This document shows positions 12,031 to 26,476 of a stretch of DNA of 64,000 nt, piece after piece. The notes under the pieces were generated by a model. The model saw only the letters and a program-made list of their open reading frames with translations. It did not search any database and was not told the origin of the DNA. How positions within the stretch are numbered: the stretch's first letter is position 1; every line of letters starts with the position of its first letter. The stretch is from Octopus vulgaris. Its lineage: Eukaryota. Location of the stretch: contig OX597830.1 in the NCBI GenBank assembly GCA_951406725.2, positions 30,070,001-30,134,000 on the forward strand, in the 5' to 3' direction. The translations under genes were made by a program, and so were the position numbers.

Positions 12031-12851
12031 ATGTCCACTGTTCCACTTAAGCAAGTGACTTGGAACAAGTTACATGCTTATTCAAAAATAAACTTTTCTC
12101 CAATCATTTAGATAATACTTTTGTAATATGCACGAAACGGTATTACAAGCTGGTTTTGTAAACAATGCCTAAGGGATATTATTCTTTGTACACAGACATT
12201 AGGAGCGAATGCTTTCTTCCTTCCTTATAGATATACATGATGCTAACGAAATGGTAGAAGAGGTATGCGAAATTATATAGAAATCTATTTTTGGAAAGAG
12301 GATAGTGCATGCTTAGAAGACAGGATAGGAACAGAGAGTAATGTTGAAACGTAGTTAAAGCGGAAAGATAAAGGATTAAAAATATTAGAGTGCGTAAGTA
12401 TATAGAAGAGAAGACATAACAAGGTTATGTCTTGATCCCTATTCCGTGGAGCTTTCTTATTCCAGTTATTTAGGATGTAGTTATCAAGATGGTGACATTT
12501 GGTAATACTATCTGATGTATTTAAGTAACTGTACTGTTATGATTTTCAATTTATATATTTTCTCAGTCGTAGATAAACCGCATTGTTTCGTTCCATTTCA
12601 CTATCAGCTGCAAATTTCAAATATATTTTTCTGAGCATTAACATGAAATAGCATATCCATGCAAATTCCAGATGAAATTAGAAAAGTTTATAGTATTTCT
12701 GCATTCTACAAGTATTATATCTGAACTATGGTTGTTTTAATTTAGCTTCTACTATATCTATGCGTTCATTACACACTACATTAAGTTTTTGTTTTCTCAG
12801 GCTAATACAGCTTCATCTATGATATTTTCAGCTGAAGATGAATTATTGCAG

Positions 12852-12884
<33 letters not shown>

Positions 12885-12885
<1 letters not shown>

Positions 12886-13170
12886 CCTTTACCTTCGAAA
12901 CGCGGAGTAGATAAAACAGAGGCAGCTGAAGAAGGGGAATGTTCCTTGTATTGTATGTACTCTATTTTTTCGTTGTTTAAGAAAAACGTCCATTTCCTTG
13001 GCTTTGTGTTTATGTTTTCGTTTCTCATTGTGTTCGACGTTTTTTTTTTTTGGGGGGGGGGGGTCCTGTACCCATATATGCATGTATATATATATAGAGA
13101 GAGAGATAGATATAGATGTAAGTACGTACATATATGTATGTATGCATATATTTTATTTATTATTTTGTTA
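12885..13170 (+). mobile_element. Dispersed repeat, probably Penelope pLTR-derived (paralog at 36476-36690)
   Basis: Shares CTGA(A/T)GA.G.GGAAT.TTC, TTTTCGTTGTT, TATGTTTTCGTTTCTCATTGT and GTCCTGT blocks with 36476-36690. Both copies start immediately after (TA)n. Confidence 0.55.
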
Positions 13171-13217
13171 TTATATGATAGAACGCACGCATTCACTTCT
13201 AAGTAAGTTTTATCTTA

Positions 13218-13270
<53 letters not shown>

Positions 13271-13409
13271 TGTGTGTGTGTATAGTCTGCGACTTAGTTT
13301 AGTTTAAGTGTGTTTCTATATAGTAGCTTTTCGTTATCAAGGTTTAATAGAGCATTACATATCTATTACGTCTACGGAAACTCAAAGAAGCCAGTCGTGT
13401 GGGTATGTG

Positions 13410-13474
<65 letters not shown>

Positions 13475-13494
13475 GTGTGTGTGTGTCACTGGAA

Positions 13495-14046
13495 TGACTG
13501 AGGGCACCAGTCAGCACCAGTTTTGCTAGAAATAAGAGTTAAAACAAATCATAGCCACAGGAAGCCCTTATCCTAACGACTGAGAAGAGCAGCAAGCTAC
13601 CTAAGCTTTTCGGATAAGTCAGATCACTGTGAATTCGCATTTATATTAATGCTCATCTTACTTAGCGCCTTTAGTTAAACTCAACTCGCCTTGTCAGTTT
13701 ATAAAATTATCGTAGAAATAATATGCTGATTTCTTAAACGGCAAAAGTGAAAATTATAAATAATAAGAGTGGCTTGTCCGAAATTTTACAATCGAAAGGC
13801 AGAAATATATACTTTACTAAAGTGACTGCGGGCACTAGTCTGCAACAGTGTTGCTAAAAGTAAGAGTTAAAACAACTCATAGCCACGAAGAACACTTATC
13901 TTAATGATTTACAAGGGAGGCAAGCTTCCTCACCTCCTAAGCATAACCAAATTAAAGTGATTTCACATTTACATTAATGCCTGTCAATTATTCTCATCAA
14001 GTGCCTTGGATTAAACTCAACTCGGCTTGTCAGTTTACAAGATTAT
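13495..14046. repeat. Diverged direct repeat pair (13495-13710 and 13823-14046)
   Basis: Colinear shared blocks: TGACTG.GGGCAC.AGTC, TAAGAGTTAAAACAA.TCATAGCCAC and TTAAACTCAACTCG.CTTGTCAGTTTA. Confidence 0.85.
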
Positions 14047-14266
14047 GTATATGTATGTATACATGTATATATATATATGTGTGTGTGTGTGTGTATGCGC
14101 GTGTGTATGTGCACGTGTGTGTGTTTGCGCGTGCGTATGTGTGTGTGTATCTTTGTGTCTGCATTTGTGCCCCAGTACCGCTTGACAACCGGTGTTGGTG
14201 TGCTTACCTCCTCGTAACTAAACAGGTAAGGCCACGAACTATATTTTTATTGTTAGATGGCGGATG

Positions 14267-14320
<54 letters not shown>

Positions 14321-14323
14321 GCT

Positions 14324-14640
<317 letters not shown>

Positions 14641-15090
14641 AACTTAGTTTAACATCAAAACAGGCTGTACGTATTTTCTCGAAAGTTAAGACAGCGACCA
14701 GGCACAATGGTTAGAACGTCAGAAAGAATGCTTTGTAATATTTCTTCGATGTGCTAACATTCTATGTTCAAATCCCGCCGTGTATGGCCGAATTTTTTCA
14801 TCTCTTCCGGTATAGATAATCTATGTACTACTCAATTATCGAGGCGATGTAATCAACTTACCTCTCTCCTCAAAACTGTTAACTTCGTACCAAAATTACC
14901 AAGAATATTTACTCGAAAGTAGCTATGTTTTACTTTTTTTTAATCTTTTTCTAAATGCATATAAAACGTGTTCGGAAGTCAATAACAATCAGTGATTTAT
15001 TTTAAGTCTATTGTGGTAAATTTCATATGTAATACACGCACACACACACACACGCGCTCAGCCATGCACACACACGCACACACACACACA

Positions 15091-15168
<78 letters not shown>

Positions 15169-15542
15169 GATATATAGATATATATATACACATATATATA
15201 ATACGCGATTTATCGGCACAAGCAATTTACTTTATAACTTTACAATCGCTGCTCTTTTAACCTCTTATCTTTCTACAAAATGCTGGAGATCGACGCCACT
15301 CTCGTCTTATCGGGTTTAATCCATTAACTGTTATTCCTGAACTCACTGTAGCCATTGTAACTACTTTAATTTCCACATAAGTTCTCGTGCCTATACTTTT
15401 TCTTTCTATGCACTTACATAAAATATGCTTCTATATTCTTCAAGGAAATTTGAAATACAAAAGTGTTAATCGTGATTAATTAGAAATCAGTTCAAATAAG
15501 TCAACCCGAATAGAACATGTTTATGAAAATGCTTTAAAATAA

Positions 15543-15840
15543 GCGCAGGCGCGATTGTGAAATGAGTCGACCAAAGACTTTTAATTGGATTTCGTAGACA
15601 GAAACTGAAAGACGTCCGTCGTATGTGAATATGTGTGTGTGCGTGTGTTGTCACCCATTACAACTCGACTATCGGTGTTGGTGTGTTTACGTCCCCGGAA
15701 CTTAGCGGTTTTGCCAAAGAGGCCAAGAGTGTAAGTACCGGGCTTAAGGAAAATAAGAATTGCGGTCGACAATTTCAGTTAAAATTTTTCAAGGCGGTGA
15801 CCCAGCATGGCCGCAGTCTAATGACTGAAACAGGTTAGAG
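15543..15840 (+). mobile_element. SINE family A, internally deleted and diverged
   Basis: Contains GTAGACAGAAACTGAAAG, GTTTACGTCCCCG and CCAGCATGGCCGCAGTCTAATGACTGAAACA. Confidence 0.8.
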
Positions 15841-15960
15841 GTAAACACTGACTGGAACGACGGGCTACAATACCTGACAAAGGAGGAATTACAATAAGAC
15901 TAGATAAAAAAAATAGAAAAAATCACCAGGGCAGCAAAATGTGCGTGAAAAGGTATAGAG

Positions 15961-16227
15961 TAATGCTTCTCAAACTATTTAAAATGGCGTACTGGCAGTT
16001 TTTTTTTCCCAATGTGCCAGGGACCAGTAATATTTCTTATTAATATTAATTTCCACCGGAAACAATATATATAATGAATATAATAAAAGTTGACAATTTT
16101 CTCTATCTTTTATTTATTTTGTAAACAAATAATACAATATTTCATAAGCGTTATATAAACATTTTATAATGTTTCTTTCCTTTCTGGAAGCTCGCCGCAT
16201 ACTAGACCATCACTTTAAGTAGCACTA
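15961..16227. mobile_element. hAT (Charlie-like) MITE
   Basis: Imperfect TIRs TAATGCTTCTCAAACT and CACTTTAAGTAGCACTA. 8-bp TSD GTATAGAG (15953-60) / GTATAGTG (16228-35). Confidence 0.7.
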
Positions 16228-16533
16228 GTATAGTGGATTTAAAATTGAAAGATAGTAATTGAGAAACAAAATGATTCAGCAGAATCAAATCGATGAAGTA
16301 CCAGGTTGAATATTACGTTTGATTTATTCGACAAAATTTTTCACGAAGGTACCCCAGTATTGCCACCGTCCAAACAACGTGATGAGTCAACGATAAAAAA
16401 GAAATACATTCATATATTGAGATAAATATCTATGTGATTTGAACTCGGAACATAAAGGAAAAGTAGCTTTGATAATACAAAACAAAAAACATTTGGCGCA
16501 TATTTATTTAATCACTTCTCTTCTCTAATCCTT

Positions 16534-16780
16534 GGAGGCGCGTGGCTTAGTCATGTGTTGAACTCATGATCGTAAGGTTGTGGTTTCGATTCCTGGACCG
16601 GGCGATATGTTGTGTTCTTGAGCAAAACACTTCATTTCCCGTTGCTCCAATGAACTCAGCTGGCAAAAATGAGTAATCCTGTGACGGACCGGTGTCCCGT
16701 CCAGGTGGGGAATTTCTACGCCACTGAAACCGGGAAACCGGCCCTTATGAGCCTGGCATGGCTCGGGAAGGAACATTTAT
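16534..16780 (+). mobile_element. tRNA-derived SINE family C with CORE-like domain
   Basis: tRNA-like head, CORE-like block TGTGTTCTTGAGCAAAACACTT...CTCAGCTGGCAAAAATGAGT, then CCCGTCCAGGTGGGG. TSD TTCTCTAATCCTT / TTCTCTTATCCTT (16521-33, 16781-93). Confidence 0.85.
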
Positions 16781-17828
16781 TTCTCTTATCCTTCTGACTC
16801 ACCCGCACTCTCTTTACTCCCCTCTCTTTACATTCTCTCTGTTCACATGTTTTCTAACCACCATGAGGTCAACGAACGCTTTCTGATGACTTACTTGTAT
16901 AATACTGTGTCTGGAATTTCGGAGGAAGAACATACAAAGGATTTCCTGTGACCTTATCTTCGGTGAATTTTTTTTTCAAATGCACCATATTGTTAATTAT
17001 AGCCACAAAATGGTAAGTTAAAGAGGGAGAAGAAAGAAGAATGAATCCCAGTTATTACCTATTAATTTATTTGTTGACTCTCAAACAATGAAATGCAAAT
17101 TTGATCCCAGCATTATTTGAAACACAGCATACAGAGATCTGTTACAAATATTGCAATGTATTCTATCCGACAGGCTATCAGGACTCAGTAGATTGACTGT
17201 TTTCTGTTCAATCTACTTTCATTTTTTCTACCTGAATGGTAATATACTCGACATGATTCGCGGGAGATTTAAACATGATTAAAGTAAAATTTCCAAACCA
17301 AAAACCCTTAGTAGAGTTCACACCGACAAAAAAGAATTTAAAGTAAGCATTCGTGAAATAATGTTGTATTTCAGGATGGTCATGTGTGCTTTTTTGTTTG
17401 CTTGTTTTTTTTTTTTTTTTTTTTTTTTTTTTGCAAATAAACACACGTACTATATGTTTGTTCTTCACTTGTTTACTATTGCACTTATTTTTGGTCCATT
17501 GTCTGGAAATAATTCGACGCACATATGTGACCTCTTCAGTGACATTCCATTCCACGTGTTTCCTGTTCTGCTTCGTCAATTAGTGGAATGTCAATGAGAT
17601 ATTATCACGCGTTACAGTGATTCAGTTTATGGTCATTTTCGTAAGAATTCTCTTTAAAATACGCTTTAGCAACGGGTGTCCACACGTGAAGCAGGTATAT
17701 ACCTCAACAGCACCAGGGTCAGACGTTTTTATTCGTCTCTCTAGTAACATTCTAATGCGACTCTCCAACTTTGACCTCTATTGTGATACAACTTCAACTC
17801 AATGATAATTCTTTCTATCTATCTGTCT

Positions 17829-17868
<40 letters not shown>

Positions 17869-17888
17869 CTCTCTCTCACTTTCTCCGC

Positions 17889-17921
<33 letters not shown>

Positions 17922-18060
17922 CCTCTAACTAGCTATTTATGTCAATATATAAATACATTTCTCTTCCTTTCTTTTTTATTTGCTTCACTCTTTGGGCGGC
18001 TGGCATACTGGGTTATGGTCATGAAGACTTTTGTCCAACAAATAGTAATTAGCACAACGA

Positions 18061-18111
<51 letters not shown>

Positions 18112-18527
18112 ACCATTAAGAGAATTGAGAGGATAGATTCTTATTCCATTTGTCGACAGCCGTTTCGCAGTTTTTGTCTAGTTACATTAGCGGAGCTATA
18201 TCGCCATATATTCACTTGCCATGATTTGTTCGATGACTTATTAGTTCCAACATGTTACATCAGAATTACATACATACATACATATATATGTGTGGGTGTG
18301 TACGTTGTGTGTGTGTATATTATCATTAGTATTTATATGTGAGTTGGACGATTTAGCGATGTTGATGTAACAAGGCACACATTACGAAACAGCTATTAAC
18401 AAATGGAATAAATGCCTTTCGTTCCACTTTTCTTATTTGGTTATTTAACATATCCTCTTCCCCATTGTGATTCTTGGATTCTCTGAACGAATTCCCAAGT
18501 TCCAACAATAGATAGACAGATAGATGA

Positions 18528-18605
<78 letters not shown>

Positions 18606-18665
18606 GGATGGATACATGCGTACATACATACATACACACATACAAATATATATACATATATATTA

Positions 18666-18696
<31 letters not shown>

Positions 18697-19264
18697 CATA
18701 TATATACACACATATGTGTATGTCTAAGTTACCGAAGTGGTGAAGGTATTCGTCAAAGAACTTATAATACTGAGATTGGTTGGGGGGATCATCTGGATTT
18801 CCGGTGGCTCATTAGAGTTTCTGGCTCTGATCTTTAATTCGAAATCATTTCAATTGGAGAGAAAAATTAGAAAGAGAGACTTAAGGAAGGAAAGAGACAG
18901 AGAGGAAAACCAAGAAGAAGAATAAGGAATTAACCGTGTGTATGTGTAATGCCCTTTCATGTAAGTGTTGCATGTATGCGTATATGTGTGTGAATGTATG
19001 TACCTGTGGAGAATTCTATAGACAAAGATAAGCATTTTAATGATTATGAGTGATATATTTGTGTATCTATGTATCTATACATATTTGTTTATTAAATATA
19101 TGTGTGTATGTGTATGTATGTGTGTATATATATATTCACACATACATATATGTATGTTTATGCACATGCATATATATATATATATGCATGCATCTATTAT
19201 ATATTACACACACACATATTTATATATATATATAAATAAATATAAAGAGAGAGGGAGAGATGGG

Positions 19265-19336
<72 letters not shown>

Positions 19337-19954
19337 TGATATAGATATGTTGATTTAGTGCATCCATGTATATGGCTACACTAATATGTGTGTGTGTGTG
19401 TGTGTTTGCTTCACTGTATATGTATGTCTTTCTTCATATGCATATACATCCGTCTACGTGTCAGTGCGAACATAATTATGCATATATGTACGCACGGAGA
19501 AAGATGGAGAAAGAATATTGATAGGGATTGATGAAAATATTTATGTCTCCGAGAGAATTAGAAGGAAACACAGCAGGAGAGAGAGAGAGGAGAGCGGAAG
19601 AGACCGAGAAACCGAGAAAGAGAGACAGAGAGAGAGACAATGATAGATATAAAGAGGGAACAATAGATATATGAAAGACAAGAGTTATTACTGTACTATC
19701 CACACAATCTGTTGTATTATTTGCATAACAAGATTATACCATATATAATCAGTACGCAATTTATTCTGTAATATTTCCCCTGTCCTCACAGTATCATAAT
19801 TAGCATTAAACTACTGATTCTATGATTTTCAATACTTTATACTAATTTCTTTTGGCAAGAAAAGCAGATCACATGCCCTATTGATTGACAGAAAATTCTG
19901 AATTATTTCTAATTTCAGGAAGTTTAATCTAATCCTTTGTTTCAGAGCTTTTAC

Positions 19955-20680
19955 ATGTATATATGCATGAACGAATATATATATGTATGTATGCATGTAT
20001 ATATGTATGTGTGTATGTATGTATGTATGTATGTATGTATGTATGTATGTATGTATGTATGTATGTATGTATGTGCATGTATGTATATATGTATGCATGT
20101 ATGTATGTAAGATAGAATACATGTGTATGTGTTTATGTAAGTGTTTATGTATGTATGCGTGTATGTATATCGATGAAGGCATGCATATATCTCTATCTCT
20201 ATATAAATAAGTGATTGTGTGTATGTATGTATGTATGAATGTTTGCATGTATGTATGTATGTATGCAAGAATGTATGTGTGCATGTGTGGGCATGTATGA
20301 ATGCGTCTTTGTATATATGTGTGTATGTATGTGTGTATGTAGTGTGTATGTATGTGTTATGTATATTTATGAATATCTATATCTCTATATAAATATGTGT
20401 GTTTATGTAAGTTTGTATGTATGTGTGCATGTATGCATGTATGTATGTATATATGTGTATATATGTAGTGTGCAAGTACGCATATATGTATATGAATGCT
20501 TGCATATATTTATATATCTCTATTTAAATGAGTATGTGCGTGCATATGTGTATACCTGTGTGTATCTATATATATGCATAATTACACACATCTGCGTATG
20601 TACATGCATGTATGCTTTTATTTATGTATGTATGTATGTATGTACGTATCCATGGTGCACTCACACACACACACATAAAC
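19955..20680. repeat. Degenerate (ATGT)n microsatellite field
   Basis: Direct tandem repeats. Confidence 0.9.
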
Positions 20681-21460
20681 ACGCAATTATCCAGTTTAAT
20701 CTATTTTATTAAGGTTTTATCGTGTCTGTATATCAGACCCTAGTAATTCCTTTAAAGAAACAAATTTCCGAAGTTCACTTTTTTCCAGCTGTCTCAGCCT
20801 CATATTCAGGATATAAATCGGTGCTGGTTTCTTTACTGGCATTACTTGTAGTCTTTAAGTTAAAACATCTGCCTAGACAAAATTCTGGTTATAAGGTCTT
20901 CATTAACAGAAGATGCTTATAAATTCTCTTATATATTATGTCGACGGAAAATATTTTGAACCGAGCTTCAAGGAATACAACTCGTTTGAAGAAAACTCAT
21001 TGTGTTCCGATATTATACATATGCGTATCCATATGTGTATCCATATATCCGTACATTTTAGTTAGATAGTGCCTACTTAAGGAATTCGGATGGTCAATAT
21101 AGCTCGGTGACTGGTCGAATCATCTTATGATTCGGCTGCAGACAGACGAAATATGTTATAGGAACCAAGCTCTACGTTTAAAAGAGAAATCTATCTTCTT
21201 AAGAGAATGTAGCGGGTGAAAACATGCTCGCCTTGTTGGTCAAGCTATAACAGTAAATCGTGTATAAATATCATTTTCTTTTTATATAGTCGTATAAAAT
21301 GGTATATATATCATCTATAACGCTTCTATGTTTGCTTACCAGAGGCTTTGGACGTTGGAAAGAATTGGCGTCCACTCTTGGAATGTCTGTTTCGATTTTG
21401 GGGTCTAATTTTAAAGTTATTTCAGTTTTATATTTTTTACTTATACAAGTGTAATTATAA

Positions 21461-22024
21461 TTAATCGGAACTCTAAAATTCTGCTGATTGAGTGCATCAC
21501 CATCATAAATAGTATTTACTCAAACTGGCATAGTATTACAAAATTTAGCAGGAAAAAATCGTCTATTATATCAGTTAAGTTAACCAAAATGCAAATATAT
21601 GGGAAACTACCACCTGTGTCATCTCTTGTGAAAGGTAAGAAGAGTCCAGTTTGCTGGACATTGTTGTAGAGCTGAAAAAGAGGTAATTTCTACTCTTCTC
21701 CTCTGGAAGCCATCTACCCGCAATACCAGAGGGTGCACACTCTCCTACCCTGATGTAATCTCCAGGGATACAGACATCCAGCAACAGGACCTCCGTAATG
21801 CCATGATGGACCGTGAAGTCTGGCGTAGCATGGTAAATTTCATAGTCTCGACCACGGTCGTACAATGATGATGATGATGTAATTATAATAATCACCAATG
21901 AAGTACTTAACTGATATAATAGACGATGTTTTCCTGCTAAATTTTGTAATACTATGCCAGTTTGAGTAAATACTATTTATGATGGTGATGCAGTGAATCA
22001 GCAGAATTTTAGAGTTCCGATTAA
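21461..22024. repeat. 120-bp inverted repeat (arms 21461-21580 and 21905-22024)
   Basis: The arms are reverse complements, with 3 mismatches counted by eye. Confidence 0.95.
21581..21879 (+). mobile_element. RTE-like LINE 3' end with (TGA)n tail
   Basis: Reads TKMQIYGKLPPVSSLVK/RRVQFAGHCCRAEKEVISTLLLWKPS...LSYPDVISRDT...LRNAMMDREVWRSMV, followed by a (TGA)n tail. Confidence 0.9.
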
Positions 22025-23715
22025 ATTGTCGTACAGTGTATGGCTATGCGTATTAGCGTTTTCCGGTGTAATCCTTTTAGGGACTTTATCCTTCGTAGGT
22101 TCAGGTTTAATAAGATACTGGCGGAGACTAGACTATGTATGATATTTTATGGAATTTAGCAGACACCAGAATTCTAAATATATTACACTTAATTTTTTAA
22201 AGCAACGTTGTCTAAATAAGTTTATTTGTGACAGAAAAAATAAGATAACGTGATTCATGAAATTAAATAAACAGCGATATAAGAGAAAGAAACAGATAAT
22301 GAGGAGAAAATATGTTAAAAGAAAACAAACATATAGATAATAGCATTCTAACATGTCTACACTGACTAAGAGCTGTAAAATGAAAATAACAATGTACGTA
22401 GATTTCTAGATACATATTTTGGTTTAAGAAAGATGATAATGATATTCATCGATGATGCTTTCTGATTAATATTGAACTTTGAATACTAAAATTCAAATTC
22501 AACGACAGAAGAAATCGAAATCAGAATATAGAGGAACATAATTAAATACTGTAAACATTTGCTCAGATTCATGACTATCTTTGACACACTGGTACATTTT
22601 GCATTCTACTATTTTTAAATATGTTTAATCCAATAATGCTGGCTTTTAGCACAATCGGTCGACCACTAAATTTGGAGATATTGTCGACGACTAAATTGAA
22701 TTGAGCGCTTAACCAATTCTTATGTCCTTTCACATACAGGCACAAGGCCTGAAATTTTGCTAGAAGAGGATAGTTTATGATATTGACGCCATTAATTTCC
22801 TGGTGCATACTTTATTAACCTTCGAGGGTTGAAAGGCAAAGTCGACTCGGCGAATTATGTATCGGAATGTGATGAGACGTTATATATCAGAACGTGATGA
22901 TGAAATGCTGTTAAGTATATTGCCCAACACGCTAACGAGTTTATCAGTTCACTGCCTTACCAGTACTTATAAAATCGAAGCCGGAAAGATGAAAGGTAAA
23001 GCTAGAATGTGTGAGTTTCTGATTCAGAATAAAAATGGATACAAATCAACCCTGAAGCTCTGACATTTTATAAGTCCATTAGTCTAAAACTATTTTACTA
23101 TGTGACTGATAATTATTACTAATTGGGAGACAGAGTTTAAAGCTCAATACAAAGGGCATCATTTATTAAATGACACTCACAAGCACTTCGAAAAAGTATG
23201 TGGTAAAGTTTGGCTGTCATTCCTATCGGGTGGAGTTTCTACGTGATTGAGTGAGAGATACGCTGAGTGAAAATGTATTGTTCTTTTTTTTAATAAGAGA
23301 AGTAGAGTGTGTGCCATAGCGAACGCCATATTTAATTATATGCTAAGAAGGTGTTGTCTATAACTATTTCAATTGCAACGGTAAGAAAAAGGAATTATTT
23401 TCACTTTATTAGTTGACAATTAAAATTTGCATTTAAAAATTGAAAAATATTAAATATGCGAATATGAATAGCTGTAAATTTCAAGAGAAATTTTTATATT
23501 CTTTATTTTGTAACAATATTCATTTTGTTTTCATTTAAAAGTACATTTTTTCTTTCTATTGTTTACGATCGGAAATAGTTGAAAAAATATATATATATAA
23601 TTGTAAAGACTAAAAAATATTAGATTAACAGAGTGAGAAATAAAAAGAAATGAAATTAATTAGGTATTTAATTACAAATCAGTACGCAAAGCAAATCAAC
23701 TTTCACTTATTTCTA

Positions 23716-23717
<2 letters not shown>

Positions 23718-23792
<75 letters not shown>

Positions 23793-23878
23793 TGATGATG
23801 ATAATGATAATGATAATGATAATGGTAATAATAATAATGTGGATGAGGATGCTGATGATAATAATAATAATGACAGCA

Positions 23879-23952
<74 letters not shown>
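23718..23952. repeat. (AAT)n/(GAT)n microsatellite
   Basis: Direct tandem repeat. Confidence 0.95.
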
Positions 23953-23953
<1 letters not shown>

Positions 23954-24074
23954 GACAGTTACAGTAGCTAGTTATTTTAATAATAATCTTAATAATACTA
24001 ATTATGCCAATGTGGAAAGACGCGAAATGGATTTCAATACTTTCATTGTTTAATTTCCACAAAAATAGATATAG

Positions 24075-24122
<48 letters not shown>

Positions 24123-24188
24123 ATGTATACGTGTGCAAGCACATGTGTATGCAACTTTCTTTCACTCTCTCTCTCTCTCTCTCTCTTC

Positions 24189-24244
<56 letters not shown>

Positions 24245-24539
24245 TAAGTACATGTGTATATATGTATGTCTATGTGCGCCTATAGATACAAAGAGTTCAT
24301 ATGTATTTATGTCTGTATGTTTCCCATCGAATCATTCCATATCTGTTTTATATCCCTTCAAAATAAATAGTGCTACTATTGAAAATTATAAACTAATAAA
24401 ATTACAATATGTGTTTGATCTAATATATTGTCAGTGTTGCTACTTCTCTCTCTTTTCCTTGTGTGTGTCTATACATTCAATAGTATATGTGAGTGTTTTT
24501 TGTACAAATGATAGTATATAGATGTACATGTATATGCAC

Positions 24540-24604
<65 letters not shown>

Positions 24605-25047
24605 AGCATACACACGTATATGTATGTATGTATATATATCTATACATTTATACATGTTTGTATGTATATATATATATATATACGTGTGTGTGTATAGATA
24701 TGTATGTATGTGTGTATGTAAGCATGTATGTATGTATATATGTATGTATGTATGTATAATTAGCATAAAATTTCAAAATTAATTAAAATTGCTTTTAAAC
24801 AATTAGCTAGAATTCGGAATGGAATTAATAGTTGGAATTTAGAATACGATCATTCAGCTCAGAATGTCAATTAAAGAAAAAAAATTATTTTATTGTTGTT
24901 GTTTTTATCTGTATGTGTCTATTAAATTTTTTTTATTGAATTCCTTTTTCTTTTTCTTTTTTTAGTTCATAATTGAATTAGGGGGGAAAAAATAACAATT
25001 AAAATTTCGAAATTGGAGTTATTTGAAATAAAAAAAACTATATATGA

Positions 25048-25354
<307 letters not shown>

Positions 25355-26012
25355 TAAAATTGGCGCTGTGAAAAACAATTGACAGAATATTGTGGAATAC
25401 AATGAATAAAATATATATATAAAATAATGAAAACAAAAGAAGCAAATTATGAAAAAAATACAAATTATAAAAACAAAGTAAAACGTCTAAAAAATGAAAA
25501 CAAAGTCGTTTTTTTATTAATAATGATGCTGACAGCAATTGTAATGGAAGTTGATAGAACAAAATAATAATAAAAAAAAACAACCGCAACAGCCACGATG
25601 ATGTTGATGATGATGATGATGATGATGACGACGATGGTGATGATGATGATTATGACGATGACGTTAATGACAATACTGTGACAATGAACTTGACCTATTT
25701 CAAAAATGTATAATTAGTGATTTGAAATGGAGGTGAGTTTCATCATCAATGTTTCGATTTAATACCTAATAAGACAAACTGGGAACAATTGGAATTGAAG
25801 TAAAACAAGAAAAGGCAATAATTCACTAGCATCATCAACAAACACACCAAGAACTACCACTTCTGCTGCTGCTGCTACTACTACTACTACTACTACTGAC
25901 TACTGAATACTACTATTGTAAATAATATGACTATAATCATTATTGTAATAATGGCAGTAAAGTCATTATAAGAAAATAAGGAATCTGATTAGAAAATAAT
26001 GAGTCTCATGTT

Positions 26013-26402
26013 TCTTATTTCTTATTTCTTTACTGCTCACAAGGGGCTAAACACAGAGGGGACAAACAAGGACAGACAAACGAATTAAGTCGATTATATC
26101 GATCCCAGAGCGTAACTGGTACTTATTTAATCGACCCCGAAAGGATGAAAGGCAAAGTCGACCTCGTCGGAATTTGAACTCAGAACGTAACGACAGACGA
26201 AATACCTATTTCTTTACTACCCACAAGGGGCTAAACACAAAGGAGGCGAACAAGGAGAGACAAACGGATTAAGTCGATTATATCGACTCCAGAGCGTAAC
26301 TGGTACTTATTTAATCGGCCCCGAAAGGATAGAACGTAACGGCAGACGAAATACCGCTATGCATTTCGCCCGGCAGGATAACTTTTCTGCCAGCTCGCCG
26401 CC
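26013..26402 (-). mobile_element. SINE family B dimer with 16-bp TSD
   Basis: Two units carrying the same tail type. Exact TSD TAATGAGTCTCATGTT at 25997-26012 and 26407-26422. Confidence 0.9.
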
Positions 26403-26476
26403 ATACTAATGAGTCTCATGTTGGTTGTGACCATGGTTGATTTTACATAAGTCCTGAAGTGACCTGACTTGAAACT

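Noticed and set aside
17584-17605. miR-1-like start TGGAATGT
   Set aside because: Only the first 8 nt match, and the hairpin geometry does not fit a pre-miRNA.
18150-18270. Complete hammerhead on the minus strand
   Set aside because: Only the GAAAC-GGCT-GTC 3' half is convincing. There is no matching CTGANGA with paired stems.
21340-21404. Small minus-strand exon ending CTG|GTAAGC
   Set aside because: Good donor but no polypyrimidine acceptor and no recognisable peptide.
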